Shown: positions 13,935-27,415 of the stretch, piece by piece
Position numbering within the stretch: the first letter of the stretch is position 1
Layout: the number at the start of each line of letters is the position of its first letter
Origin: Adineta vaga
Taxonomy: Eukaryota > Animalia > Rotifera
Assembly (NCBI GenBank): GCA_021613535.1
Contig: CP075497.1
Coordinates: 6,386,001-6,450,000 of the forward strand
Direction of reading: 5' to 3'
DNA: 64,000 nt
Program-made: the position numbers and the translations under genes
Notes under the pieces: model-generated
What the model was told of the DNA's origin: nothing
The model's database searches: none
What the model saw: only the letters and a program-made list of their open reading frames with translations

Positions 13935-14745
13935 CGAGTCCAAGCATAGCAAATTTATTGATTGTGAATAATTCATTTTCAATTAAATCCTGTGGAAAAA
14001 TTAATTTAATCGATACATCAAATAATTTCACTACGGTAATCATTACTGAAATCAAAACATAGTCTTCTTTAGCGAAACAATCAAAGAATATGAACTTACT
14101 GTTTGTTCTAAAAATCCAAAATAGATCATAAATAAAGAGACCACTCGACAAAACAACTAGTATAAAACTCTATTAAACAAAATGAAAATTTCATCAACAT
14201 TTCCAGTTAATTGAAATCTAAATGCACTAAATATTCTGCATCTATTTCTCTTTCCGTTGATTGATTTGTTAATGGTTTATTTTCGAATAATGTTACATGC
14301 AATTGTCGTTCATACAGTTTATCCAATGCTGGTAAATGAACACGTTTAACAATTGGATGTATTGTTCGAACGACTGTAAATGCCAAATAAAGATCCACTA
14401 GCAATAAATGGAAACATTGCCGCTAGAGAAAAAAAAATGAGATTATTCGTTTATTCTTTTTGACAAAGATGAAGCTTTAAAACACTTACCATCTTTTTTC
14501 GCTGTGAGAACATCGGGTATTTTACCAGATTGGATTTGTTTATCATTATGTGTTATCGATCGATAAGAACCAACATAGACAGATTAAAGTGTCGAAAGAA
14601 GAAGCAATGAATAGGATAAAAGCATTCCTTCAATACTAGCAGCGAAAATGTCTTTCTGTGTTGTATTTGTTCCATTTGTTTGATTAAGAATATCAATGGT
14701 ATCAGATAATGGTGATAATGTTGTGTTTTCATCTGTTGCAGCCAT
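13935..14745 (-). pseudogene. HM13: Signal peptide peptidase (HM13-like) pseudogene
   Basis: ATG at 14745, with an in-frame TAA after ...LLLSTL in exon 1. AAMFPFIASGSLFGIY is followed by a deletion or frameshift. GLFIYDLFWIF and KLIFPQDL...FAMLGLG are retained, but the catalytic GxGD Asp and QPALLY exons are absent before seipin begins. Confidence 0.85.
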
Positions 14746-15937
14746 TTTTAGATGTAAGAATAAATAGAGTTGTTGAAATATCTGAAAAAATGTCTGTTAA
14801 TTTTTAAAACTACGACTACGATACGAAGATATAATATAAAGGGTTGATTCGAGTACGGAATTTAACCAATCATCAACAAGACAGATGTCATCATACTGAT
14901 GAATTAAGACTAGTGCTCCAATGCTCTTTCAATAGTTACAATCTCTATACTATACTTTTACATTCATAAAATATACTATAACTTTTATCAAATCATTAGT
15001 ATATATATATATCTCCTATTTTATTCAGTTTGCTTGATTATAACGTATATTATATATTTTCTCTGCCACATGTCATTCACTTGGAAGGTTTGTAGTTGAA
15101 CTTATACTAGTAACTATAGTTTATATAAGAAGGGCTATTGAATAGACATTGATTGGATACTATTATCGAAGATATATAAGACGATGACGAAAAACGAGTC
15201 CTTTATTTCTTTCACATGACATCGCTATCGATATATCAAAAGTATAAGTCACCCACGATGAGATCGTTGAAACTAATAAGAACATACTTAAATAATCCTT
15301 TGTAAAGTTCATTTATTCGTAATGTAATTTACTCTTCGGAAAAGGAGATTCGATATTTTCTATAGATGATAGAATCAGTGTGTGTTTCTTATTCCATTCA
15401 TCTCATACAACATAGTTGAAAGAAGTCAACATTTGCATCTTTTTATCCGACTTCTTCCGTTTCAAATTATATTTATTCAAAAAATGAATAAATCTTCTCA
15501 CAATGATTCATTTTCATCGATAGAAGAATCATCAAACAGAAAGAAAAACTTATGAAGGCAAAGAACATTTGTTTCATAAGTTTGAAACTATGATACGTAA
15601 CCAAATCTAGTTTGAGTTATTTATCTGACCAATCATTTGTCAGGACAGATGGCATAATCAACGGTGATCATTGGTTCTTAAAAAAGTATAAATACCGACA
15701 AGAAAAGAAGAAGACGATGATGATGATGAAGAACAGTCACATGTAAAACGAACAAATGAAAATGTCATTAACTCTATTTAGATAGTGTACTCATTAGAGA
15801 CATTGATCATCGATAAATAACATTTGGATCGAAAATTAGCGATCTATAGAATGATATTTGGATTCAAGCATTTTATCCAGACGAGAAATCAGTTAGAACT
15901 AGTGAATTTTTTTCTCTAGACTGAAAATAAAAACCAA

Positions 15938-18900
15938 ATGGATTTATCACCCGATGAAACACAATTAAATGACGAAACAAATGAAAATGATGATGAAGAT
16001 GATCTTTTTTCAATGGCAGTTAAAGAATTATCAGAAACAAACCGTCAAGCAGATGAAATTGCGCGTGTAAGCATTCATTTTCTTTCTTTTTAATTAATCA
16101 ATTTATTTATTTATTGAAATCACTTCAATTATCTTAGCAACGTTCCACACAGTCTGAACCTCCTGTAACATCGATACCACTACCAACACCTAAACCACAA
16201 TCATTTTCTAATTTACCAATACTTTCACCTTCACCAATCACAATACCACGACCTATCATTTTACATGGTCTTCATGCGCCTGTACAAAGTCCACAAATTA
16301 TTCGTTTACAACGTCCAATTACGATTCCATCGGGTTTGTATACATTACCTAAGACTGTACCACAATTATCACAGCAACCATCGTCATCATCATCGACGAT
16401 TGTTCATCAATTTATTCCAGCTTTAAGACCGACACTTTCGACTCCATCAGTATATTATTTGCATGGAAAAGTTGACATTACTTGTTTGTTTTTGTTTTTA
16501 TTTGCAGGATTTTCCAACAAAACTTCCAGCTCATCTCGAAACTGAAGATGAAGAAGAAGAAGAACAACAAAGTGCACAGGCAGCAGATACATATTCTGAC
16601 TATATGCCACTTAAATGTATGTTGCCATTTGACAAAAAATCAAATGATGAATTTCTTTTTTTATCCAGTACGATTGGGTGATCGTCATCCTGATCCTGTT
16701 GTTGAAACTTCGTCACTTGCTTCCGTTGAATTACCTGATATTACTTATCAATTGACAATTCCAAATGAAAAAATTCAACTGAATACACTATCAGCTTTAC
16801 AATTAGAAACTATTGTTTATGCTTCTCAACGTCATATGACATTTTTATCTGATGGAACGAGAGCTGGATTTCTTATCGGTATGGAACTTCCTGAGTAAAA
16901 AGTATTCCTATAATTTCAAGTTATTTAGGCGATGGAGCTGGTGTTGGCAAAGGTCGAACTATTGCTGGTCTGATTTATGAAAATTATTTACAAGGACGAC
17001 GGAAATCTCTATGGTATTTATTTTGTTTAAAATTGATTATTGAAAAGGAATGTTGACACTTTCTCTTTAATTAGGTTGAGTGTTTCGAATGATCTTAAAT
17101 ATGATTCACAACGTGATTTATATGATATTGGTGCTCAATTTATTGAAGTTCATGCATTAAATAAAGTATGAACGACATAAAAGATCGTAAAGAATCTTTT
17201 ATTCTTATGATTTCATCTAGTTAAAATATGCTAAAATATCTTCACCACAAAATGGTGGAATAAAACGTGGTGTCATCTTTGCAACTTATTCATCGTTAAT
17301 CAGTGAGAGTCAAAATGCTTCCACAAAAATTAAATATAACAGTCGACTCAAACAATTGATTCATTGGTTAGGTGGTGAGGAATTCGATGGTGTTGTAAGT
17401 ATTTTCTTATTCATCATATTAAACTTCCACCTGTGTTATTTCTCAAGATTGTTTTCGATGAATGCCATAAAGCAAAAAATCTTGCACCAAGTCCAACAGC
17501 TAAATCATCAAAAACTGGTTTAGCTGTTCTTGATCTTCAGGCTCGTTTACCTAATGCACGTATTATTTATGCATCAGCAACAGGCGCATCTGAACCAAGA
17601 AATATGGCTTACATGACAAGACTTGGTTTATGGGGAGCTGGTACTTCATTCACTGATTTCAATCATTTCATTCAAGCTATTGAACAACGTGGTGTTGGTG
17701 CTATGGAACTTGTTGCAATGGATATGAAACTTCGAGGAATGTATATTGCACGACAATTAAGTTTTTCTGGTGTACATTTTTCTATTCTTGATGTTTCATT
17801 ATCCAATGAATATCTTCAAACCTATGATCGATCTGTTCAATTAGTAAATATTTGATAGTATTGACTCTATGCATATTTAGAATTTGTTTCTTTTCTTTTC
17901 TAGTGGATTGATATCAAAGAAAAACTTCTACAAGCATTTGATTTAGCTGATACATCGAATATGACGCGCAATCATGTTATTGCACGTTACTGGTTAAGTC
18001 ATCAACGTTTTTTTAAATACTTATGTATTGCTTGTAAAGTCTCGAAAATTGTGGAATTATCTCGACAAGCGATTCGAGATGGCAAAGTACCTATTTTGAT
18101 TTTGTATATTTTTCATAATGAATCGTTTGTTCTAGTGTGTTGTTATTGGCCTACAATCAACAGGTGAAGCAAAAACATTAGAACAATTGGAAGAATTAGG
18201 AGAATTAAATGACTTTGTATCTACAGCAAAGTAATGAGTTATGAAGATGAATGATTATTATATAATATAAGATTTTGTTTTACTATAGAGGTGTTCTTCA
18301 GAGTTTTGTTGAAAAACATTTTCCAACTGGTATTGAACAACCAAAAGCAATGTCATTATTTGATTTAATATCGAAGCCTGAAGAAGAAAAAAATCGTACA
18401 ACGAAAAAACGTAAATCAACACATCGTCGTACAACAAAACATTCGATATCATGTGATTCAAATGAAAGTTCTGATGATTCAGATATCGAATGTTATTCAT
18501 CATTTGTTCAAACAAATAAACGGCGTGCTACAACAAAACATCGAGATCAAAATAATAATCATCAACTTGGTGAAATTCATAATAGTGATAATGAAAATAG
18601 TTGTGAAAGTCTATTAATTGAAGAAGATTATCCACAACAAAAACATACATTTGCTGACATTACCGGACAAACAGATACCGATAGTGGATTACCAGTTAAA
18701 AGAATTCAAAAAAAAGAAATTCCAACCAATGCACAGAATTGTAAGTAATATAACTGTAAGAAGGAGAAAGAATCTCTAGTTAGACTTTTGCTTCATTTTT
18801 CTTTGAATACATTTCGAGAATTGTAAACTCTTGTTTTTTAAAGATGATAAACGTCGAATGACAACGAATGAAATTATTGATGCTTTATTTAATATGAAAG

Positions 18901-21066
18901 CAGATTTATCAAATAGTATTGAAGCACTTGGAAGAAGTTTACCACCAAATACATTAGATGAATTAATCGATCAACTTGGTGGACCATCTCAGGTGGCTGA
19001 GGTTTGTTGAATCGCCTTTGATTATATAGAAACTAATTGTATGTCATATGTATATAGATGACAGGTCGTAAAGGTCGTATTGTTCAACATGCAGATGGAC
19101 AGATTGGTTATGAATCACGATCAGAAGCGGATGTTCCATTGGAAATTTTAAATATATCTGAACGTGAACGATTTATGCGTGGTGAAAAATTTGTTGCTAT
19201 TATATCCGAAGCAGCTAGTAGCGGTATTTCTCTGCAAGCTGATCGACGATGTCAAAATACTCGTCGTCGTGTTCATGTGACACTTGAATTACCATGGTCA
19301 GCTGATCGAGCTGTTCAACAATTCGGTATATTGAATATCTTTTTTTCTTTTTTTCAAATAATTCTTCTTTTTAAATAGGACGAACACATCGATCAAATCA
19401 AGTTTCTGCACCGGAATATGTTTTTGTTATATCTGAACTTGCAGGAGAGAAACGTTTTGCATCAACGTATGTTTTTCCTTTGATAAAATTTTGTTTTCTA
19501 ATGTTTTTGATTTCTTTTTTTTTTCTTCTATAGAGTGGCAAAACGATTAGAATGTTTAGGTGCATTGACTCATGGTGATCGACGTGCCACTGAAACACGT
19601 GATTTAAGTCGATTTAATATTGACAATAAATATGGTCGACAAGCACTTGAAAATGTTATTCGATCCATATGTAATTTAGAACGTCCATGGGCACCATTTC
19701 CAAAACTGATTAATAATGAAGTGAAATTTGATTTTGTAACTGAAGCACGAAAATCTTTAATTAATGTTGGTCTTATATCACGTATGACAAGTGGTCAACA
19801 AGTACTTTATGTTGCAGAAAAAGGTAATATTTGATTGGATTTTTTTCTGAAAAAGAACGAACAACAAAGAATTCTTCGAATTAGATTACAATAGTATGAG
19901 TCGATTTCTGAATCGTATACTTGGAATTCGTGTTCAAATGCAAAACTTATTATTTCGTTTTTTTTCTGATGTACTCAATGCTGTTATTGTTGATGCACGA
20001 CGAAGTGGTTCATGGGATTTGGGAATTCTTGGTAATCATCTCTTTTAAATCAAGTTTTATTTCTAAAAAAAAAACGTTTTTGTAGATCTTGGTACAGGCG
20101 AAGAAACAGTCTCTGTAGAAAAAACTCAAGTATTTGTTTTAAATACAGTACAATCGAATACAATTCCTCTTCAAGTTGAATTGCATCAAGTAATTTCTTT
20201 TTTTTGTTAGCAACAAGAAATAAAAAGAACTTTCGTTTTGTTTCAAGATTGTGGTTGAACGTGGTTTAGCATTTAGTAAAGCTGTTCAATTGAAAGAACA
20301 ATCATACAATATCGATGATGGATTTTATATGTCGAATGAAGGTCGTCCCTATTGTCGTTTACCTATACTTGCATTATCGACGACATCCAATGTTACCGTT
20401 GGAAATATGCGAAAAAGTGAACTGTTATTTCGTATCTATCGTCCGAATACTGGTTTACAACAACGACATGAAACATTAGAAAGTCTAAGAAAAAAATATG
20501 AAAAAGTATGAAGTTTTGATTTAATATTTCTTTCTATACTCACATAGCTATTCTCATAAGCATGATTTCACTTCTCTATGTGCTGTTTCGAATAATGATG
20601 CATAAAAAGCATGTACTCAATATTTGATTTTTATAGATAAAGCCGTTACAAGCACAATCGTATTGGGACGAATTATATAATAAAGCTGCATTATCATGTA
20701 TTCATTTCATTCGGTAACTAGAAGTACAAATTCGATTTGTAATGCAAAACTATTCAATTTACATTTAGACAAGGTCATTGTCCAGTTTCAGCAGCGAACC
20801 GTCAACAAATATGTGAAGTTGGTTTACGTTCACGTCGATTTTATGTTCTTTCGGGTAGTGTTCTTGCTCTTTGGTCTCAAATGGAACGAATATTACCTGA
20901 AGGAAAAATTCAAATGATACGAATCAAAACGACACCGATCAATAATCTTAATAATCAATCAATGCCACTTAAAATAGTTGGCTGTATTATTCCAAGACGA
21001 TGTTTACCTGAATTGGTGCATTTGCTTGAAAAGTCATCATTACATCCTTATTCGAAATCAGCCTAG
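15938..21066 (+). CDS. SBNO1: Strawberry notch homolog (SBNO), multi-exon
   Basis: Motifs [95 protein letters not shown] and [22 protein letters not shown]. Confidence 0.96.
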
Positions 21067-21641
21067 TCTTTTTTCTGTTCATATATAAATATCTTTCTTG
21101 TAGCCGTCCAAACCAAGAGGACAAAAAAATGCTTCGTTCTTTTGTTCAGTTTATTCGATTGCATTTTTTTTGTACTTTGTGTGCGTGCGTGTGTGTGTGT
21201 GTTTTGTAGATGACAGCTATGCATACTTAGTTAGCTGTTCAGATCTTGTTTTGCTTTTCTTTCATTTCAAAATTTGTTTACTCTGTGTTTTCGTTGTGTT
21301 CTATAGTACGGTGATGTGACTTATTGTTTATTTAGTAAAACAAGACAACAGAGATATGACAGTTGTATCTATAACCTCACGTACATTTCATAAAAGAAGT
21401 CATTGATGTGTCAAAACAGTTTTCTCTTCGAAGATTTATCATCTGAAATTCCTTTATGACAGAACATTCTTCCAGATAATGAAATTTTTCGTACTAGTAT
21501 GAATTAAAGCATTTATTCTCTTTGAAACATGTATATTTGTATATATATAAACATAAATATTTTGACAAATCACCAGAAAAAGAACGCACGAATATTATTA
21601 AACATAAATAACTATTTGCACACAATTCATTTAGTTGATGT

Positions 21642-22518
21642 TTAATATTCATAGGGTGGTGGTTCACCGATTCGATCATTTGATAATGGTGTACGTGGTG
21701 CCATAACAAGTCGATGCCAACCTGGTTGATAATTTTCATCTGTTAATTGTCTGAGAAGATCTTTTTCAGCTTCATTTGATTTGATTTCAATCATTTTTTT
21801 CCATAATAATGTAACAATAATTATGATTAAACAAACAGTTGATAGAAATGTTGCTAAAATATTCGGATAGATTTCATTATGCAAAAGAAAGATCGAGTTT
21901 TCATTACTTACCAAAACTAGCATAGAGTAAACCATGACCAGAACGAAAATAAAGATGATCGGAATTAATTACAAATCTTCCAGGAGAATAGAATTGTGTT
22001 AATGCTATTAATAACATTGCTATTATTAGAACAATAGTACAGACTAATGTTAACAGCAAAAGAATCCAAATAAAGCCAACAATATGACGAATATAACGAT
22101 TATTTGTATTATAGAGAATAAGAATTGATGCACCCCATGATGGAAAAACGGTTAAATTGGAAAGAAATAATGCACATGTAATTAAAACAATAATCACATT
22201 AAAATAATGAGGTCGACTTTCTCTGGTCCATAGATCACATTTGACAATTGGATCATTATAATGACTATTACATATCGTCCATAATCCTAATGAACCATAC
22301 TCAATTAATGGAGAATATGTTGGTGAATTTGATGTTATAATAGATGTATTATCAGAATGTATTAATTCATACGTAAACCATGAATCCGACCGAAAACTTA
22401 ATAGAAGAATAAAAGCTAATAATGTTGTTAATAAACTGGCAAATGTTAATGGCCATTTTAAATTTGAATATTCATTTACACTACCAATCATTGACGTCAT
22501 TCTTCCCCATCGCATCAT
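21642..22518 (-). CDS. Claudin/PMP22-superfamily tetraspan membrane protein with C-terminal PY motif; exons 22518-21912, 21853-21642
   Basis: Four hydrophobic helices, a W...GLW..C...C first-loop signature (SDSWF...LGLWTIC...VKC) and a C-terminal PPPYEY. Confidence 0.75.
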
Positions 22519-23296
22519 CGTTGTATACAAATGAATTTCAATTGTATCACATTATGCTTTTATACTAAAATAATCAAGTAAAACGTAAACATATGTTTCT
22601 GATTTTTCTTACGTCAAATGACGCCATAGTAACGTTTAGACATACGAAAAAAAAACATCAAAACAATAAATTATTTATTACATATTTCATGAAATGAAAC
22701 AACTGCGCAAAAATTAGGGCCGAAAAGCAAAAAAAAGAAAGGATAAATGTAAATGGCGTTGTATAATATGTATACATTTATTAACACATCTACATCTATC
22801 CTTGCACAAACATCCATCCATACACAGGTTTTTCGTCCTTCTCTATGGTTATTTCTTTCTTTCTTTCTCTTTCTCTTTCTTTAAGACGATGTATGGATAT
22901 TCGAGCAAAAGCAGAGTAAAAATGACATCAATGGCAATTGGTTTAAGCAATATATCGGAATAAATATCTACTCATGTCTGATAAAAAAAGAACAGAAGAA
23001 AGAGAAAGACATTATTCGTTTCGTATTTATAATCAATGTGTACACCCACATTATGTCTCACACAATTTATTCTGATTTAACGAGCAATCTGACACTTTCT
23101 TTTCTTTAAACTTAGTCGTTTGCATCAAAGATTTTTATGACATAGATCAGTAACAACATGTATACTTGTATTCGAAAGAATTCAATAGATGTCTTTCGAT
23201 TTCGATAAGATAACTTCCATAGTTTACCGATTTGGATGTGATTACTCCATATCGACTGATTTCAACATAGATAATCTGTTCAGAATGTTAATCTAT

Positions 23297-23600
23297 GACT
23301 GGAAAGCGCGGCGTCTTTCTGTAACCAGGGCTACTTCTGGGGTCGGGTTGTGTGAATGACTTGCGGGCGGGAGTCCTGTTTGTCGTTGTTCTATGTTGAT
23401 CGAGCGTCCGCACGAAGCTCGGTATCGACATGGTGGAAGCTGAGGAATCTCTTCTTCCAGGGCGTCTAAGGAAGGTTGAACCGGCTGAGGCGCGAATATG
23501 CGAGCAAGTCAAAGACCTCATGTCGAGCAGTCGTGGGATAGCGCTTGTGAATAGACAACGGCAGGCAGCCCGTCCAATATAGTTGGACCATAATCTGTTT
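23297..23600 (+). ncRNA. RN7SL: 7SL / signal recognition particle RNA (Pol III)
   Basis: GC-rich ~300 nt island starting GACTGGAA. It has the Alu-domain UGUAA motif, CGTCCGCAC.AAGCT, a helix 6 GGAA loop, CTAAGGA.G.TGAACCGG, a helix 8 GAGG/AGCA internal loop and CAGT.GTGGGATAGCG. The 3' end is GTTGGACCA.AATC plus a T run. It is colinear with insect 7SL as I recall it. Confidence 0.93.
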
Positions 23601-23606
23601 TTTTTT
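23598..23606 (+). terminator. Pol III oligo-T terminator of 7SL
   Basis: T9 run immediately after the 7SL 3' stem. Confidence 0.85.
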
Positions 23607-24050
23607 GTTCGTATTAAAAATATAACAAATCTTACAAAAAAGAAATACTTCAGTGAGTACATGTTTACATCGATTTATATTTTTATGTTGATCAAACATG
23701 ACTTCATCATGTTATATACGTATGAAAACACTCCAAAGTCATGCTTACATTTGTTTATATCATTTTTACATTTCATTCAATATTACAAAAGAAATAAATT
23801 TTTCACCAAAGTACTCATGTTTTTCATTGGTTTTTAACTACAAAGTATCAATATTGAATGTAAATATTTTCATATTTATATATGTCAGATTTAGAACGAC
23901 CTCATGTAAGATTCTATTCATCATCGATGTATATACAGTTTCTATAAAACTTTATAGAACAAAAGTCGAGTATAGTCAATATCGGTTGATATTCACTTAT
24001 TGAGTTACCATTCATATATCTATTTGTCTAACAGTTCATTTGGAATCAAT

Positions 24051-25700
24051 ATGGTAAACGAAACCATTAAAAATATTACAAATGTATTTAAAGTTGATGC
24101 TGAACTATTGGAAACAAGTTCAAAGCCTCGGCGGGCTGCTTCAATTATCAAAGAATTCAGTTTAAATACATCTACTCATGGTATACCCGGTATTGCTCGT
24201 AGTGAAAGTAGAGCAAATCGAATATTTTGGTCTATTTCCTTGCTTATCTTCACTGGTGTTATGACTTATTTTATTACTCAATCGATTCGTGCATATTTTG
24301 AATATCCATCTCAAACATCTGTATCTGTTGTGACTGAATGGCCTCAAGCTTTTCCTGCAGTAACTATATGTAATCATTCTCCATTACGATATGATACATT
24401 TATTGAACCATTTTTAAACTATACAAATACATATAAATCAACAAACACAACATACATGAAAAATTTTACAAGTGAACACGCTTCATATGTTCATGATTAT
24501 TTAGTTTATAAACTTAATCGAAATGAATCGTTACTTGAATATTTTTATTCACTCGAATCGATGCTGATGTCTTGTTCTTACAATAGAATGGCATGTACAG
24601 CAGCCAATTTTACTTGGTTTATGTCACCACAATTTGGTCTATGTTATACATTTAATGCGAAATTAAAAGATACATTCAATCGTTCTTTGAAATATAATGC
24701 AGATAATGGAGCGGATGGTTTACTTGAACTTCGTCTATATATTCATCAACATCAATATGTGCCTTATTTATCAAATGGTAAGATTAAGATTATTATTTTG
24801 ATATCATATATTTATAGACGATTTCTATAGGTATTGGTGTGGCAGTATTAGTTCATGACAACGAACAAATACCACTCATTGAAATGACTGCAATGAAACT
24901 GGGTCCTGGTCGACATCATAAATTAGGTTATGTGAAAAAAATTAGTACCTTCCTACCAGCACCATATACAAGCTGTGGCACAGTAATTACTCCTGGAATG
25001 GAAGCTATGTATAGCGAGTATCATGACACGGATTATGGATATTTTGAATTGCCATGCTATTATGCTTGTATACAGTCTTATGTGTTAGTAGATTTTATTT
25101 ATTTGATGTTGATTTGTAATCAAAATGTTTTACTTTAGTTATAGCAAATGTAATTGCGGAAGTCCTCATCGTTGGGCTGCACGTTTTATTGTGCCTCCTG
25201 GTGTTGATAAACCAATCCATATACCGCTTTGTAATCTTAGTGATTCATGCTATACTGAAGCAACTTCAGAGATCAGGAATACACAAAATATTTGGACTTC
25301 GTATTGTGCGACCTGTGACCAAGAATGCACCTACAATGATTTTATAATACGACCAACTTCGCTTTTAGCACCACCTACTTATTTATTGAACGATATTAAA
25401 CAATTTGTTGAATCAACAACAATACCATTGCCACACAATTGGTCAACATCATGGGTTACAGATATTCAATCAAGTTATGTTTCTTTAGAAGTTGCTTATG
25501 AAACAACGCGAACTGAAGTCTATTCTCAGCAGGCTACAATCAGTCCAGTTGATGTTATATCAAATGTTGGTGGACATACAGGTCTTTGGATTGGAATTAG
25601 TTTTCTTTCATTAATGGAAATTGCTGAAATGATCTTTCGACTTTGTAATTCACAATGTCATCGACTTCGAATGAATGTAAAAAAGAAATTGAGAAGATAA
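24051..25700 (+). CDS. DEG/ENaC amiloride-sensitive sodium channel subunit, 3 exons
   Basis: TSTHG motif, TM1, FPAVTICN, GLCYTFN, Cys-rich thumb and TM2 ISNVGGHTGLWIGISFLS. Confidence 0.95.
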
Positions 25701-26263
25701 AACATGAATCGCTACTTATTTTTTTCTGAATTATTGTTATGAACAATGATATTGCCTATTTTTACATCACTTTTCTGATTTCTGAATGATTAATAAAATC
25801 CTTCGTTTTTCATTTATCGAAATCATGTTTTTAACGTCTTAAAAATTGTCCACCTAATTGTAAATATTATTCATACTGAAAATTATGCTATTTTCAATGG
25901 TTTCAATTCTATTTATCTTGCACTCATTATTCAGAGCCTATGGTTATTCTGATTTTGAATGGTAATATACATTGTATGGTTATACTTAACGGTAAACAAT
26001 CGAAGCATTATAAAATATTTCAAAACGAAGTTGGATTAACAGAAGTTTGTAACGAATATTGCAAATTTTTATAACGCTAAGCAAGTACAACTATCTTGAA
26101 ACTAAAACGTATATTTTTATTTCCATTTATATGTTATAATATATGTTAATTAACATCAATGAAAAGAGAAGTAGAATCGTTGCTGGTTATATAGATTATA
26201 CAACATATATTTATAATACAAGAACATTCAAGAAATAGTTATGTAGTATTACAACACAACAGT

Positions 26264-27349
26264 TTATTTTTCAATACCTTCAACTCGTTCATCAATAGTA
26301 TTGAAAATGCGATCAAAAATTCTTGTTTGTTTACCATAGTTTTTACCACTTTTTCCATATCTATGATGTAAATCATGATCTTCAATCGTTAAATCCATTC
26401 CAAATGGTCGTAATACTTCACCAACCAATGGATGAGTCCAAAAAGCTCGTACACCACTATGACCCATTCCTTCAATATACATGAGAATACATTGTGCAAT
26501 CCAGAATTCATGTGCTGATAAAGGCATAACTAATGATGCAAATAATGGAATGAGAAGTATTTCAATAATTTCTTGAATATCATCAGCAAGAATTGATTGC
26601 AGTGGTGTTGGATGTTTTGTAGAATGATGTTTGCTATGATATTTCCAAAGAAAAGGAATTGTATGAACGGTACGATGATAGGTATAGAAGAAGAAATCTA
26701 ATGAAATTAACCAAAGACCAATTTTAATTGGAAAAAGCCACGAAATCGAATGGCCAAGTGATGGTGGACTATGACGGTCATATCCACCTAGAATGAGACC
26801 ACCACCTGTGCGTGCCAATGTATAAATAAGAACACTTATAACTAATCGAGGTACATATTTATCAGGAACATAATCACGTGGTCGATTATGTTCATCGAAT
26901 GTACCATAAACATCCATGTAATAAGTAAGATGTTTAATTAGAGTGATCGTAAATGCAACAAATGCTAAATGATAGAAAATAAATGCAACAATAGGATGCC
27001 ATGTATGGAAATTATTCGTTTCAGGTATAATATAATACCAAAGTGCTTGAATAATTAACGCTGGTGCAATTGCAAGAGTTAACCATAAACGTTCACGCCA
27101 AACACTAAGATTAGGTGGTGGTTTGGGATTTTGTGGTTGAACAACATAACATTTGTCACTTGCCAGATCGAGTGTAGCAAGACGTTCCCAAAAACTTCGT
27201 TTCGAATATGGTTTTTTTACCCAATTGGCTGTTGCTCGAAGTTTATAGCTAACAGTTGAGAAGGGTACACGTTCAAAATCGGTACCTAGTTCATCGTTTG
27301 TTGGTTTTTCGTAAGTTGTTTCGGTCATCGTTGGTGTTGCTGGGGGCAT
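26264..27349 (-). CDS. Fatty acid hydroxylase / sterol desaturase family protein, intronless, fungal-like
   Basis: His boxes DFFFYTYHRTVH, HSKHH, GHSG and HDLHH, plus NYGKQTRIFDRIFNT. The first true ATG is at 27349, downstream of a TATA box. Confidence 0.9.
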   Translation of the reverse strand: MPPATPTMTETTYEKPTNDELGTDFERVPFSTVSYKLRATANWVKKPYSKRSFWERLATLDLASDKCYVVQPQNPKPPPNLSVWRERLWLTLAIAPALIIQALWYYIIPETNNFHTWHPIVAFIFYHLAFVAFTITLIKHLTYYMDVYGTFDEHNRPRDYVPDKYVPRLVISVLIYTLARTGGGLILGGYDRHSPPSLGHSISWLFPIKIGLWLISLDFFFYTYHRTVHTIPFLWKYHSKHHSTKHPTPLQSILADDIQEIIEILLIPLFASLVMPLSAHEFWIAQCILMYIEGMGHSGVRAFWTHPLVGEVLRPFGMDLTIEDHDLHHRYGKSGKNYGKQTRIFDRIFNTIDERVEGIEK

Positions 27350-27415
27350 GCTTTCTTTTTCAATAATGTTTTCAAAATGCAAAAGAAAAGTGTCAACAAA
27401 AATGTTTATGTTCTT

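Noticed and set aside
23288-23699. Minus-strand ORFs of 124 and 77 aa
   Set aside because: Antisense to the GC-rich 7SL RNA and open only because of its base composition.
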